A DNA stretch of 64,000 nucleotides, from contig OX597832.1 of NCBI GenBank assembly GCA_951406725.2, forward strand, positions 31,744,001 through 31,808,000. Direction: 5' to 3'. This DNA is from Octopus vulgaris. Lineage: Eukaryota. A program made the translations under genes and the position numbers. Within the stretch, counting starts at the first letter, position 1. Every line of letters starts with the position of its first letter. Under the pieces are notes generated by a model, which did not search any database, was not told the origin of the DNA, and was given only the letters and a program-made list of their open reading frames with translations. This document shows positions 28,144-42,194 of the stretch, piece after piece.

Positions 28144-28214
28144 TACACACATATATACACATACATGCATATATATGTGTATGTGTGTATATATCTATAT
28201 ACACCTATGTATAT

Positions 28215-28251
<37 letters not shown>

Positions 28252-28274
28252 CGCATATATTCATATATTTATAT

Positions 28275-28350
<76 letters not shown>

Positions 28351-28861
28351 ATGTATATATATGAATGTAGTTACGTATATACTATGTATGCTTTTATTTA
28401 TATCTTTGTCTGTTTGTCTGTCTGTCTGTCTCTCTACATATCTACATATATATGTATACATACACATATATGTAAATATATATATATGTATATACACATG
28501 CATGTATATATATACATTTATATATATACAATATATATACATATATATACAATATATATATATATATATGTATTTAGATAGATGGATAGATAGATCGATC
28601 GATCGATAGGTAGACTGATAGGTACACACGCATATATATGTATAACAACCTACGCATACAAGCAGAAACAAACCTCTACGCAACATATACACGTATACAT
28701 ACACGTATACATACACACTGACGCACATACATATGCCGAGCCAGACAGACATATCTTCATACATAATACATAGATGGGAATAAGTAAAATTTCTTGCTTG
28801 TTATTGCAAATATATTTTACAGTCTTAACATGACAGTGATATTTATAAACTGCTAACTACC

Positions 28862-29031
28862 GCGACTACGCTGAGCATGGCCGCAGGCAGCGTTTATTTC
28901 ATTCTAATACACCGCCACCAGCGTATCACACCGTTGTAGGTGATATCCGTTCACCGTGAGATAATATCTTATATAGCATGAAAATGATAATTATTATTAT
29001 TATTACTACTTTATTGGTAATTAATAATAAT
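28862..29031 (-). repeat. Right arm of a long inverted repeat (pairs with 27310-27488)
   Basis: Reverse complement of the left arm with few mismatches over the central ~110 bp. Confidence 0.9.
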
Positions 29032-29062
29032 AGCATTAGTAATAATAATGATAATAATAATA

Positions 29063-29129
<67 letters not shown>

Positions 29130-29160
29130 ATAATAATAATAACAATGAATAATAAATAAT

Positions 29161-29500
29161 TGGCGAACAGTAAATGTCGTGCCTATAATAATTGGTGCGC
29201 TAGGAACAGTGAGGCAAGATATAGACCAGTGACTGAAAGACATTGAAATAGAATGCCCGGTAGAGGTCCTGCAGGAAGTTTGTCTCTTAGGGAGAGCAAG
29301 GATTGATTATCAGGAAGGTTCTAAGCACTTGGAAGTCTGCTGAAAACTTGTGAATTCCTCAGATCACATGTAGTAACCCGCTATCCACAGAATCCCCACC
29401 AGGAATAAGTCCGAACCGGTGACAAACCACAGCACATACCCAAGGCACACAGAGCTGCGCTCGGTAGTGAAGTAAAAAGCACGCTATAAAAATAGAACTA
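29161..29500 (+). mobile_element. R4/Dong-clade LINE 3' end inserted in (TAA)n
   Basis: RTVNVVPIIIGALGTVRQDIDQ*LKDIEIECPVEVLQEVCLLGRARI..IRKVLST followed by a 3' UTR; flanked by (TAA)n and (TAC)n/(TAA)n. Confidence 0.8.
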
Positions 29501-29505
29501 CTGAA

Positions 29506-29555
<50 letters not shown>

Positions 29556-30717
29556 ATAATAATAATTATAATAATAATAATAATAATAATGATAATAATA
29601 ATAATAATACCGCAGCGAATAGCAAACAACATGGACATGTGACAGCGAGCTACCGGGATGATAGATCAAATGTGAAACCATAGCAAAGCAGGAACTGAGA
29701 ATCCGCAAACACAATGAAAGAAAGCAATATTTTAACGTAAACCATTTTAAATTTTAATTATATATACATTCATGTTTATGCCACACCTCTCTATATATGC
29801 ACACTGCTGTTTCTTCTCGGTCTCTCGCTTATGAACTAATAATAAGTATAAATGCGAGGGAAACATCAACACGTGTCTATGGGCGGTGTTCTGTCAAAAG
29901 GTAAACGCTGTAAAGACGGTCCCATAGCAAAACCAGATAAAAACGAAAGAACGATGGACAGATAACCATGAATACTATGAAATGGTTGATTTATGATTTA
30001 TACAGACTACTATGCAACATACATACAGGAATAAATTCATACAGTAACCCAACAAAATGAACAAAGCCCACAAATATGCCATATAAGTCTGATACCCAGG
30101 AGAAGAACACAACCTGCCCTGCACAAACAACACACAACATCCAGTAACCGGGTGCCTCGTATTTAGATCAGTTGTCGATTATAGCAGCTGCTGTGTTGCG
30201 ATTATCATCGGAATATGTTCGGATTGCCCGAAGCAGAAAAATATCGTCAATGCGAGCGATTTCTTTTGGAGTCTGCTACTTAAAGGGAGCGAATTATTTC
30301 TTAGTTTATTTTTCTTATGTTGGGAAATCATTATGAAATACATATATTTCTATGTGATTTTTTCTATAATATTCATGAGATAAAATCTTTAAAGCCTGTA
30401 GTAGCCGTGGGTAGTACTATTTCGTCCTCTTTCTGAGCTCCTCAGCACGACATAACACACACACATACACATATATGAAAAGTAATATGAAAGGGATGGC
30501 ATTGCTCTTAAAATATCTATTGCATATCCATGTATGCATATGAAAATTAAAATACAAACTTATGTTTCGACATAAATGCTTTAATAGAACAGTGTTACTG
30601 TATAATTCTTCAGTTTTTTCATGGTGATTTATACTCTCAAACATTGGAGACAATCACCTATTACTGGCTGGTTTTCGCAGTTACTCAGCTGAATATATAT
30701 ATATATATGTTTGTGTC

Positions 30718-30801
<84 letters not shown>

Positions 30802-31619
30802 AATCTCTGTGTGTGTCTATATAGGTTTAGTACTCATACATCTACTCATATACACTTACGCAGACGCGTTTATATCTATCTATCTTTGAGTTTTGAGGAT
30901 AGAAAGATTGGGTGTGTCTGTGCATGTGTGTGTGTAAGTGTGTGTGATAGTGAGAGAGAGGGGGGAGAGAGAGAAAGAAAGAGAGAAGGAGAGACAGAGC
31001 TATTAATATAGACATTTCCTTTTAAAATAAAATGCAACGATTTGCCTCGAAACATTTGAAGACGTGAACTTCTACGTGGAGATCACGTAAACATTGAGTT
31101 GATAGTTGAGTTGAGTGTATTGCCGAAGGATACAATCTTTACAGTACTTCACACACTTTGCAGTAATGCGATTTATCGCTGACTGATGAAGACGTAAATC
31201 ATTTTTATGTAATCACGTGATGTCTCGTTCAATGGACGTAATGCGGTTTATTAAACATCCGCAAATTCGTACGTTGGAAACCTTTGTCCTTGTAGTAGTA
31301 GTAGTAGTAATAGTAGTTGTTGTTGTTGTTGTTGTTGTTGTTGCTGTGGCTGCTGGTACTGCTGTTGTTGTAGCAATTTTACCTAATTGAATTTTGGTAA
31401 GATAAATGTGAATTTGCGAGGATAATTTGTTTAACCCCAGGCATGGTTGATATGGAAAGAAACCACGAAAAGATTTCTAAACGCAACCATTTCTTCATTT
31501 CTTCTTTTTTTCTTCCCACGCACAAAACATAGCAGGCCGTGACGTCAGTCTTCATTGCATTCTCTTATAAGGCATCATAGTGTGATTTGAGGAAGAAGCA
31601 GCAACTATTTTTAGCAGAA

Positions 31620-32260
31620 GTTACTGCAACCCTAAATAATAATGCAACTGATAAGAAGACTTGTATTGGATTATGTGAAGGTGAACCTAATAATCATTGT
31701 ACCAATCATATAACCGCCTTCCAACACAGGGATTAAAGTAAAGCTACTAAGTTGGCTGACTATGTGTGGACTTTGAATGATAACGAAACATCACGTATGA
31801 TTAAATGGATAGTAATTGAGAAATCCAGACCTTATGGGAATGGATCGAATAAATGTAGACTTTGTTTGGCTGAAAGAACGCAGATCCTGTTCAGATCTTA
31901 AATCCCAAACTCTCTATTCCATTCTCGGTGAGAAATTTCCAGTGGTTACATGCATATTTATAAATAATATTCTGAAGAATTGGAAAATTCCGCCAATTCC
32001 TGACTGACTTGATATCTTTCCAGCTTTATCATTTAAGGTCTAAGGGAGAAAACTCTTTTACCTTTTTACTTTTTCTTTTTAAACTTAGTTTTTGTGTTTT
32101 TGCTACCCGTTTTTCGTTTTCCGTTGTTTACCTTCTAAGTTTTTTCGCGTTTCTTTTATTATTCAAATGTTTTTTTAGTTCGTTGTGATATGTTGTTTGC
32201 GCCTGAAGAATATGAAACGATTCGCTTTACTATATGTATTGTGCCATTTAGATAAACATA
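31620..32260 (+). mobile_element. Penelope-like element 3' end: GIY-YIG endonuclease remnant plus terminal repeat
   Basis: DKKTCIGLCEGEP...KATKLADYVWTLNDN...IKWIVIEKSRPYGNGSNKCRLCLAER (cf. YIG, IKW, CxLCxxEK); a decayed HHR-like CTGAAGA..GAAAC at 32203-32218; ends in (TA)n. Confidence 0.85.
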
Positions 32261-32303
32261 ATATATATATATATATATATATATGTGTGTATATATATAT
32301 ATG

Positions 32304-32367
<64 letters not shown>

Positions 32368-32399
32368 CGTGTGTGTTTGTGTGTGTATTTCTGTCTGGA

Positions 32400-33090
32400 T
32401 TGTTGAGAGAATAAGCGTCCAATCGTTGACCTCCAATTACTAAAAGCGAGTCTTCCAAGAGAAGAATCCCTCCGTTCTAAATGGCAGGAGTGGTGGGAGT
32501 GTCAACGCTGCCTGTGCTTTGGCGAATCTGCAGGAACATGTCATGGCACATTGGGTTTTTGTATTTATTCCAGAGCGAATGTGCGTCAGTCGGGGTTCAG
32601 AAAACCAGCATTATTGCGAAAATGTGTCGGAGTTTGTCCGGAGAACAACAGAGAGAGGCCTCTTTATGTGCATTATCTTATTGATCATCTGTATCCGTTT
32701 GAAACAGGCATCTTTGAAAGGGTCGCATAAGTGGCCGTCCACTAAGCGAAGGTCGTAGAAGGAAATTGGTGCCTTAATACATGAAGTAAGAGCCTCAGAT
32801 AGAAGCAATCGGAGTCCAGTGGGTGAACTGTATAGACACGTCCGGTTGTGTCGCCTTTGTTTTCGTCGTTGAATTCTACGTTGATGTATAAATAAAATGT
32901 TTTGCAGTGTATCTTGAGGAGTATGATCTACCGATTGTGAACCAAATATTCCTGGTTATGACCTTTTTTGATGATTACTGTGTAAGGGAGACAATCTATT
33001 TCTTATTGTTATTTACGGTGTTAGGGACACAATCAAATTCTGACACTTCGCAAAGTACAGACCTTCTGACCTTAGAAGCCCCATTAATCA
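32400..33090 (-). pseudogene. Helitron RepHel remnant
   Basis: Minus translation GRVYTVHPLDSDCFYLRLLLHV / KAPISFYDLRLVDGHLCDPFKDAC / SPDKLRHIFAIML..TPTDAHSLWNKYKNPMCHD resembles the Rep-helicase linker of Helitrons. Confidence 0.85.
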
Positions 33091-33101
33091 GTATTATTCC
33101 A

Positions 33102-33337
33102 AGAAAGGCGTCGAGCTGGCAGAAACGTTAGCACGCCGGGAGAAATGCGTAGCCGTATTTCGTCTGCCGTTACATTCTGAGTTCAAATTACGCCGAGGTC
33201 GACTTTGCCTTTCATCATTTCGGGGTCGATTAAATAAGTACCAGTTATACACTGGGGTCGATATAATCGACTTAATCCGTTTGTCTGTCCTTGTTTGTCC
33301 TCTCTGTGTTTAGCCTCTTGTGGGCAGTAAAGAAATA
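33102..33337 (+). mobile_element. SINE family A copy, full length, with 12-bp TSD
   Basis: Very similar to 22862-23089; flanked by AGTATTATTCCA at 33090-33101 and 33338-33349. Confidence 0.93.
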
Positions 33338-33654
33338 AGTATTATTCCATAAGTGAAAAATCTAAATAGCGTAGAGCTATCTGTGGAACATAAGTGATGT
33401 ATTTGCCAAGAGTGAACACATAGACACACACACAAGCAAACAGACACACACAAAGACAGACAAACAGACACATACACACAAACGCACACACACATATATT
33501 CTGTCTTATATGGTATTATTCCTTCTTCTTTCTATAAGCTACCTTTGACGTTATATCTTCTAACGTTTTTAAAAACTTAATAGCGTTCAGTTCATCACTA
33601 TAATATCCATCATATTCTTTTAAAATGTCTTATTGACAAGCTTAATTTCTTCAT

Positions 33655-33736
33655 TTCCCCGAAGAGAAGATTACACTTTTTTACACTATTTTATTCATTT
33701 GGAATACCAATGATATCTTCGAAACATGTGTCGGAA
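33655..33736 (+). ncRNA. Type I hammerhead ribozyme motif (U4C core)
   Basis: TTCC-CCGAAGA-GAAGAT...ATCTTC-GAAA-CATGT-GTC-GGAA: stem I TTCC/GGAA, 6-bp stem II base, short stem III, GUC site. Confidence 0.75.
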
Positions 33737-34102
33737 GTAAAAGAATTGGAATAACACCTGGGTTTAACTCCATCTATTTATTTACATATATTATGCAAAA
33801 TATTTCACATAAACCCGGTGTTTCTATTTTTAAAAACAAGGTGTTACGCCCTTTTTACTTGTGTGATATTTTGCTGCCATGTTAACTGTTTATCTATTTT
33901 TACCGTGTTAATTGTAAGCAAGGGGAAAACACACATATATAGGTTAGCATATATATACGTAGATATATATATTTTATAAAAGGGTTGAATGTGGATTCGT
34001 CCCATGGTTGGAGTAGATTCCAAAAGATTTCTAACGTTGATTCTTCATACTTTACTTTGGATTTACTGGTGTAAAATGGCGCAGATATGAAAAGTTATAT
34101 AA

Positions 34103-34218
34103 GTATATTAAATATAGAATTTCATTTATAGAACGAAGTTTGATAAATTCAATCATATATTTCATAAGTAAAAATATGATTGAATTTGTCGAACCTCGTG
34201 CTATAACTTAAATCATAC

Positions 34219-34226
<8 letters not shown>
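34103..34226. repeat. Long imperfect hairpin
   Basis: TATAGAACGAAGTTTGATAAATTCAATCATAT pairs with ATATGATTGAATTTGTCGAACCTCGTGCTATA; weaker pairing extends outward to the (TA)n. Confidence 0.85.
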
Positions 34227-34281
<55 letters not shown>

Positions 34282-34967
34282 ACATATGTATATATATGTG
34301 GGTGTTGGTGTGTGTGCCTGAATGCACACAGTTTATTGATATGAGCTACTATTAGAATTTTGCTTCTCAGACGCTGAGCTATGGAAGATTTTATAAGACA
34401 TCTGCAAGCAATTTCGGTCTTTGAGCAGATGGTCTATTCAATTTGCAAATCAGGTCGCTAGTACTAGAGAAATCACGGGACAAGTCGAGAAGAAGATGAA
34501 TGCAAAACGAGGAAAGATGAGTAGAAACGGGAAAACAGAAAAGGAATAAATTACATTTATCTCCCTTTTGAAGTCATAAATAAGCAAGCTATTGTAGAAT
34601 AATGCCACAGCTGGTCAATCTGAATAGAGATTGCCGGAAGAACTTGCTTCAAGTTTGCCGAAAGCATTTGCTGAAAATTTCGGATCTAGAATTCAGCAGT
34701 GCGGTAGAATTCTTAGATCTAAAAATAATATATGATACTCGGGATATGCACAAGCAGTATTTCTGAGTTCCATTGACATATATATATGTAGGATGTCTCT
34801 GTGTTTCTCCACTTTATTATATGTGGTGTGCAATTCCTCTTCAAATCCCATAAGATGACAGCAAACTTGATGGCTTCAAATTTGTCTACATGTACATATA
34901 TCCGTGTACGTATCAAGTTCTCCTTAAAGGCTTGTGATATGCAGGAGACCGACTGGGAGAGCAATAC

Positions 34968-35125
34968 CTGTCAGGTGTTCCAAAGAGTGACCGGTAGAGT
35001 GCCAATGGCGCGAGACCGGGGTGTCATTGCCGAGTCGGATGTCTCAGAGGTGTTCTGCAAACCGCTCAGCTAAGCAAGCGGCGTCCCGTTTGCCCGATGT
35101 ATAGAGAAGGGCAATGAGAGCAGGA
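34968..35125 (-). pseudogene. Penelope-like GIY-YIG endonuclease remnant (second PLE type)
   Basis: Minus translation SCSHCPSLYIGQTGRRL / LAERFAEHL*DIRLGNDTPVSRHWHSTGHSLEHL (CxxC-LYIGxTxRxLxxRFxEH...V.RHF..xGH). Confidence 0.85.
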
Positions 35126-35672
35126 GGGAGCTAATCAACGGCAGCATTTGTCCTATTTTCCTGGACTGCCATGTTAGAGCTTGTCGATGACTATTCTCCA
35201 GTACCACTGCCGTAGTCTCCTTTAGAGTGATTTAGAAATGTTAATATTTCTATTATATATATATGTATATATATACGGATATACGTACATGTCAACTCAG
35301 CCGACAAAAGTACACCTGTACCCGAACAGACACACTCACACACACATTATTTAATAGTCCCCAAGTTATATGTCTTGTTTATTCTGTTGATGTTGTTATT
35401 ACATTTTCCTCTTCATCTTTGCTGTCCTCATTATTGGAAGTTGCTGCTGTTGTTGTTGTTGTGATCGATATTGATGTTGTTGCTTTATGTGCTTTTTCTT
35501 CGTTTTATTGATTTCGATGAAGTTCTTCACGTTGATATCCCTTTTCTTGCTATTGCGGCTGTTGTTGTTGTTGCTGATGTTGTTGTTAACCTTATTACTC
35601 CAACACTGTTTCCTTCAAGTATGTATATATGAATATATATCGAAATACATGCAAACATGTATATGTATACAT

Positions 35673-35741
<69 letters not shown>

Positions 35742-36229
35742 AATGAAAGGCAGAAGAAGGGATATACGAGAATACATTATTAATCACACATCTAGCATCG
35801 TCTCCTCTTCTGGGACACAGAAAAACTGGTTCAGGAGTATCCGGTGGTGTAGACGTATCTCGTCGGGTGATAAATAGATAAAATATCTCGTTAAAATGAC
35901 TGTTCCATAATGCAGCTTTCCGTTTTGTTGAGAGAAAAACAGCCAAACGGAGGAAGATTCTTCATAAAATTGCAGAAGACAAAAAAAGAAACGAACACTT
36001 CATGCAGTGTATGTATATATATATATGTATATATATGTAGATATTATGTGTGTTTATGATTTTATATATACACACATAAAACATGCGCACTCACATAACA
36101 CACACACGCGCGCACACACATGGATTATATACACGAAAATAAATGCAAATTTCTTATTTATTAGGTTAACACTGTTGGTGCAATAATCTCAGGTGCGTAT
36201 GTGTACAGATACACGCACATTATATATTC

Positions 36230-36304
<75 letters not shown>

Positions 36305-36517
36305 ATATATATACGCTTATAATATGCGCACTCACACGCACATATATATATATTTATAAATGTATATGCAAATAAAAGCACACACACATACACACACTGG
36401 TATTATGTACACGAAAAGATAGTGTTTTCAATAAAGGCACAATTTATATTTGTTAGGTTACCGCAACAGGTTCTTGAAGTGCGTATGTTTACACATGTAC
36501 ACACACATTACATATTC

Positions 36518-36581
<64 letters not shown>

Positions 36582-36769
36582 TATTACATATACACACACA
36601 CACACACACACACCCTTATACATATACATACACCAACCCTATACATACACACATCCAGACCCCTCCCACGCACTTTTAGCTGGTCCCTCAACCCTTTTAT
36701 CAACCCTATTATCTCCCCTTATTTCGCTCTCGCGTCTCATGTTTGATCTTTGACCTCTGGCCGAAATCA

Positions 36770-36979
36770 GATCGCCATGTTGATTCGTTAGCTACTGCAC
36801 GCATTTTTTTCTCTCCTTCTTTCTGTGTTTTTCTCTCTCTGTTATCTTTCTGTTGAAGAGCGTAGGCTCGAAACGTTAAAGACTTGTTTTATTTATATTT
36901 CCTGAGCGCCATACTAATACAATTGTTCGTTTGTTTTCCACCTGCCTTCGTCTTTTGTTTATTTTCATAAAGCTTCCCG

Positions 36980-36981
<2 letters not shown>
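36770..36981 (+). mobile_element. HHR-bearing PLE-like terminal repeat (HHR-like motif at 36845-36882)
   Basis: TCTTT-CTGTTGA-A-GAGC-GTAG-GCTC-GAAA-CG-TT-AAAGA; the same element occurs at 55537-55736, with relatives at 45037 and 60307; ends in (TA)n. Confidence 0.8.
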
Positions 36982-37052
<71 letters not shown>

Positions 37053-37838
37053 CATATACATACATACACTCTCATTCTCTCTCTGCTCTCTGTCACTAAC
37101 CTTGTATTTCCTTTGCATTTGCATTTTTAAAAATCTTCCCCTTAACTCCCTTTTGTCATGTATCGTTCAGTCTCTCTCTCTCCCCCTCCCTTTCTCTCTC
37201 TCTCCCCTCCCTTTCTCTCTCTCTCTGTCTCTCCCTCTCTCTCTCTCTCTTTAACTTTTTTCTTCCCATGATATTATCAGTTGCTCTGTTAGCCGCCTCT
37301 ATAATCCTCCCTCATTTTTCTCTTTCCCTCTTTCTCTCCACCGACCGACTCATTTCTTAGTTCTCTTTCTCTTTATCGTGTCCTCCTCCCCCCACTTCGT
37401 CCCTCCCCGTTTCATCGTCCTGAGAAGTTGAGGGTTTGTCTTAATTATACTTCATAAAACTCGTTCAGTGCCTCTTAGCCAAAACCCGAAAGCAAGACGA
37501 CTCACTTAAGTTAATTACAACAACAAAGACAACAGCAACAAACAACAACTATATTCGTGACAACAACAACGACAACAACACAGGGAAGAACCATAAAAAC
37601 GGAGAAAGTAAAGCTCAACATCAAAAACAGGAAGATGAGCGCAACAGCAGATACAGCATCAACAACAAAAGGCATTAAATGGCATCGGTAACAGAATCAA
37701 GGAGAGGGAATCCCTGCCCAGAACACCAGCAACTGTAGCAGCAACAACATTTTGAAGAAGGCATCGACTGCAGGAAGAACAACGCGAAAGTAACGCAAAA
37801 TAACATCACGACCGTAAATAACAACAACAGCAACAAGG

Positions 37839-38174
<336 letters not shown>

Positions 38175-38566
38175 AGTGCAACACCAGTAAAGGCAAGAAT
38201 AGGAACAAAAGAAGAAAACGATATTAAAACTAACAACAACATCAACATCAACAACAAACAACCACATGAACAGAGTTAATAGAAATAATATCGATAACAA
38301 TTATAGGATAGAGGGAAAAAATAAAAGGACAACAGCCTGAAAAAAAAACAAACCCTAGAAAAATACAAGGAACAATGAACTTCAAAAGAGGCGAAGAATA
38401 CAAAAATACAAAGAGTAATTTTAAAAAAAACACAGAAGCAAAATGGTAAGCACAATGAAAACCTCAACAACAAAGGAGTGAAAAAAGGCAGCATAAGATG
38501 TGCGTGTATATATATATACGCGCACATATACATATATATACACACACACACATAAATAAATAGATA

Positions 38567-38613
<47 letters not shown>

Positions 38614-38642
38614 CACATATACATATATATACACACACATAA

Positions 38643-38697
<55 letters not shown>

Positions 38698-38830
38698 CAC
38701 ACACATTTCTATATACATGCCTATATATACACACAGAACCAATACCGACAACAGTTCAGTGATTATCTGCGGTAAACTGTGGAGGTTAAGTACAAGATCA
38801 AGGAAAAAATAGTGATTAAGATAGAAGGAA

Positions 38831-38884
<54 letters not shown>

Positions 38885-39018
38885 AATAATAATAATAATG
38901 ATGATGATGATGACGACGACGATGATGATGATGACAATGATGATGTTGATGAATATAAAATGAAAATAAATGCTAAATAACAATAGTAATAATGATAATA
39001 GAAATAGCAAAAACAGTG

Positions 39019-39072
<54 letters not shown>

Positions 39073-39279
39073 GTTGCTGCTGATGCTGCTCCGGTAGTGT
39101 TAGTGTTATTGAGAACAGAAGGTGCCTATAGAAAGATAATCAAGGAAACAGCCACGTCAACAACATGAAGAAGAATAATTACAGCAGAAAGCACAACATG
39201 GTGGCAAGGCGAAGGGTAATGGTTGAATGGAATGTATTAATAACAAAAGGGAGAATTCAGAATAGCAACAACGACAACA

Positions 39280-40030
39280 ACAATATTGTAGGGAGAAAAA
39301 TAATCTGCAATAATAAACAGGAACGATTTGACGTTAATATAATTGAGAAAATAACAATGTTTCACGGATGTAAACAACACAAGAAGCACAATATTGCACC
39401 AAAATATACAATAACAATATTGCATCAATATAAACAATAACAACAACAACAACAACGACAACAGCAAGAATACTGCGGTAATATAAACAGTTACAACAAC
39501 TAGCATGTTGCATTAGTATAAACCACATCGAGAATATTGCGTCTTAATACTCAACAACAGCTGAAATATTGCAGAAATGTCAACAACAGTATTATAGGAA
39601 TATAAACAACAATGATAATGCTTTCAGATTTTGGCACAAGGCAAGCAATTTCGGAGGCTAAGACGATTATATGGACCCCAGTACGCAAATGGTACTTGTT
39701 GCATCAACCCTGAAAGGATGAAAGGCAAAGTCGACCTCGGTGGAGTTTGAACACAGATTATAAAGGCGGACAAAATGGCGCTAAGCGCGTAAGCGATGAT
39801 CGTATTGCACCATTCAAGCTACTGTATTGAATCCGTATCAACAGAAACAATAATATTACACCAGTATAAACAACGATATGTCACCAATGAATACAAGAAC
39901 AATGCTGCCCTGATAACGATTTAATGCAATATTAAACCAATATATTCTACAACCATAATAAAATAACAAATATATTTGATCACCATATGTACTAATACGG
40001 CACCAGTATAAAAACCGATTGTACACCAGT
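39280..40030. repeat. Degenerate ~25-30 bp minisatellite (ACAATATTGCACCAGTATAAAC-like), interrupted by a SINE
   Basis: Variants near 39389, 39415, 39468, 39505, 39533, 39852, 39875 and 39994. Confidence 0.6.
39621..39786 (-). mobile_element. SINE family A copy
   Basis: TTTTGGCACAAGG...ACCCCAGTACGCAAATGGTACTT...GAAAGGATGAAAGGCAAAGTCGACCTCGG.GGAGTTTGAAC. Confidence 0.85.
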
Positions 40031-41279
40031 TCAACGATAATAACAAAATTATTCTCTTGAACACAAGAATTTGTGTGTGGGGTGAGGTGGGGGGTGGGTT
40101 GTTCGTGTATGAGGGTCTTATAACTAATATATTCCCGTTTGTCCTTTTGTCCGTAAAATCAGTTTAACGAATATCTTGAAACAATCAGCGTTCGATTTCG
40201 CCTACTGCTGCCCGTTGTTCCCCACTATTTATTTGTCTTTGCAAATACGTGAACTGCAAAGCCTAGATATCAACATTATTATCGCGCTACCATGTCCCCG
40301 AGGACTGTGCTTTTGGATTCCTCTTCATCATTTTCTTCGCATTCTCTAGCATCAATTAATTTCTCAACTCACAAGACATCATTTAAAAAGTACAGTTCAA
40401 CAGTGTCGAGCAAAAACGAATTATTTTCTTGAATGTCAAATTGATAAGAATTCCTCATTACAGGTGCCAAATGTCAATCGTCTTAACCAGTTGCCAGCTA
40501 CGATAATATTCACACGAAGAAGAAAAAAACAACAAAAGGAAGAAGAAAAAAACAACAAAAGGAAGAAGACAAATCAACAAAAATAGGAACCACAAAACGA
40601 AAATGAGACAAAAAAACCCGCAGGAACATTTAAGATAATTTAAAAGATAGAAATGATAGGTTTAAATCGAGGAAGATATTAATGTATTTGTAGGGTTTCG
40701 CTTAATGAAATTATGAGAAAATGATGTTCTGGTGGCAGGGAGATTAGGATTTCAACTTTGTTAGGTCTCATCATTCTTGACAACGTAAGACGAAAATTAA
40801 ACTGATGCTGGTGTAGACGTAGCAGTAGGTGAGGTATCAACATTTTAAGGTATTAAAATGCATTTTGAATTAGAGGAATAACAGAGACAGTATTACATAT
40901 GGAAATAATAGTAATGATACGTTAAGAATAATTACATGGATGAATAATTACAGAGTGCAGATTTATGTAAAAACAGTCTTGACTTCAATTCCATGGTTCT
41001 GCTTCATAGCAACACTAGGTTTTTCTTATTTTATCACAACCTTGAGTCGACAAAAGCCTTACAAAGATTTGTATAGACAGAAACTATGCAGAAGCCTACA
41101 GGAAGCACTATTATAGAAATTCAAAGGCCAGGTGTTATCGATGTTGCCATGGAGATTCTGGCTGAGTGTTACATAAAGGATATAACAGGTCAGAGGAAAA
41201 TTCAGTGCGGTTGAGGATTTTTTGAATCAAGTGAAATTCTGAATACTTATCGTTGATATATATATATGTGTATATATAT

Positions 41280-41332
<53 letters not shown>

Positions 41333-41333
41333 C

Positions 41334-41471
41334 TTAAAGTTAATCCAAACAAGAAAGCACAAAAAACACAACAACGTGAGGACGTGGAACAAATATAGTA
41401 TTATTAGACGCTCAGGAAAGAAGGAGGGTTTAACGTTTCGAGCGGAGCTCTTCGTCGGAAACATAGGAGAA
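41334..41471 (-). mobile_element. HHR-bearing PLE-like terminal repeat (HHR at 41428-41462), same family as 24187
   Basis: Near-identical to 24187-24333; its 3' end abuts (TA)n, and it truncates the left end of the adjacent mariner. Confidence 0.85.
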
Positions 41472-41883
41472 GATGCCCCAGACTGGTCATGGATAAAATT
41501 TTTCAATGACACAAAAGGTTCGAGAACAGCAGAGAGAAGGTGAAGGACAATGGGAGGTGTGTGAGGGAGAGGAACATCAGAGCTGGTTGAAAAATTTCGC
41601 AATTTCTTGGATAAAGACACTCGTGTGTCTATAATGACAACAAGCATAGAGCATAGAGATGGCAACTCTACAGAGAGTTATTCAGGAAGATCTGAACATG
41701 CACAAAATTATTTACATTATTTACATTATTTACATTTGAGGGATATTTGTCCTTATCTTGTTTGTTGTTAACACAATGTTTCGGCTGATATACCCTCCAG
41801 CCTTCATGTGTCTTGGGGAAATTTCGAACCTGGGTTCTGATTCTTAACGTATTTTTCGATGTTGTTGTTGTTGTTGTTGTTGG

Positions 41884-41927
<44 letters not shown>

Positions 41928-41930
41928 ATA

Positions 41931-41997
<67 letters not shown>

Positions 41998-42033
41998 TAA
42001 TATTAATAATGATAATAATAATAATAATAATAA

Positions 42034-42070
<37 letters not shown>

Positions 42071-42072
<2 letters not shown>

Positions 42073-42134
42073 TCACTGCCTGGAATCGAACTCGGAATCT
42101 TGGGTTTAGTAGCCCGTACTCTTAACCACTACGC
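42071..42134 (-). promoter_or_regulatory. tRNA-derived internal Pol III promoter (SINE head, 5'-clipped)
   Basis: GCGTAGTGGTTAAGAG (A box/D arm), GGG-CTACTAA-ACCC (anticodon-like arm), GAGTTCGATTCC (B box). Confidence 0.8.
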
Positions 42135-42194
42135 AATAATAAAAACACCGAAAAAGACCTTAGAAATGAGAACCCCGGTTCAAAAATTCCCCAA

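Noticed and set aside
29800-30170. Possible R4-type zinc-knuckle remnant (TTQHPVTGCLVF)
   Set aside because: The similarity is too short and decayed to support by eye.
31183-31230. CTGATGA-A-GACGT...ATGTC resembling an HHR 5' half
   Set aside because: No GAAA, stem III or cleavage triplet follows.
39280-40030. Spaced ~25-30 bp repeats resembling a CRISPR array
   Set aside because: The repeats are highly degenerate, spacing is irregular, there are no unique spacers or cas genes, and the context is eukaryotic.
42071-42134. Possible tRNA gene
   Set aside because: The 5' acceptor strand is missing, the anticodon stem is imperfect, and it lies inside a TSD-flanked insertion, so it is a SINE head.
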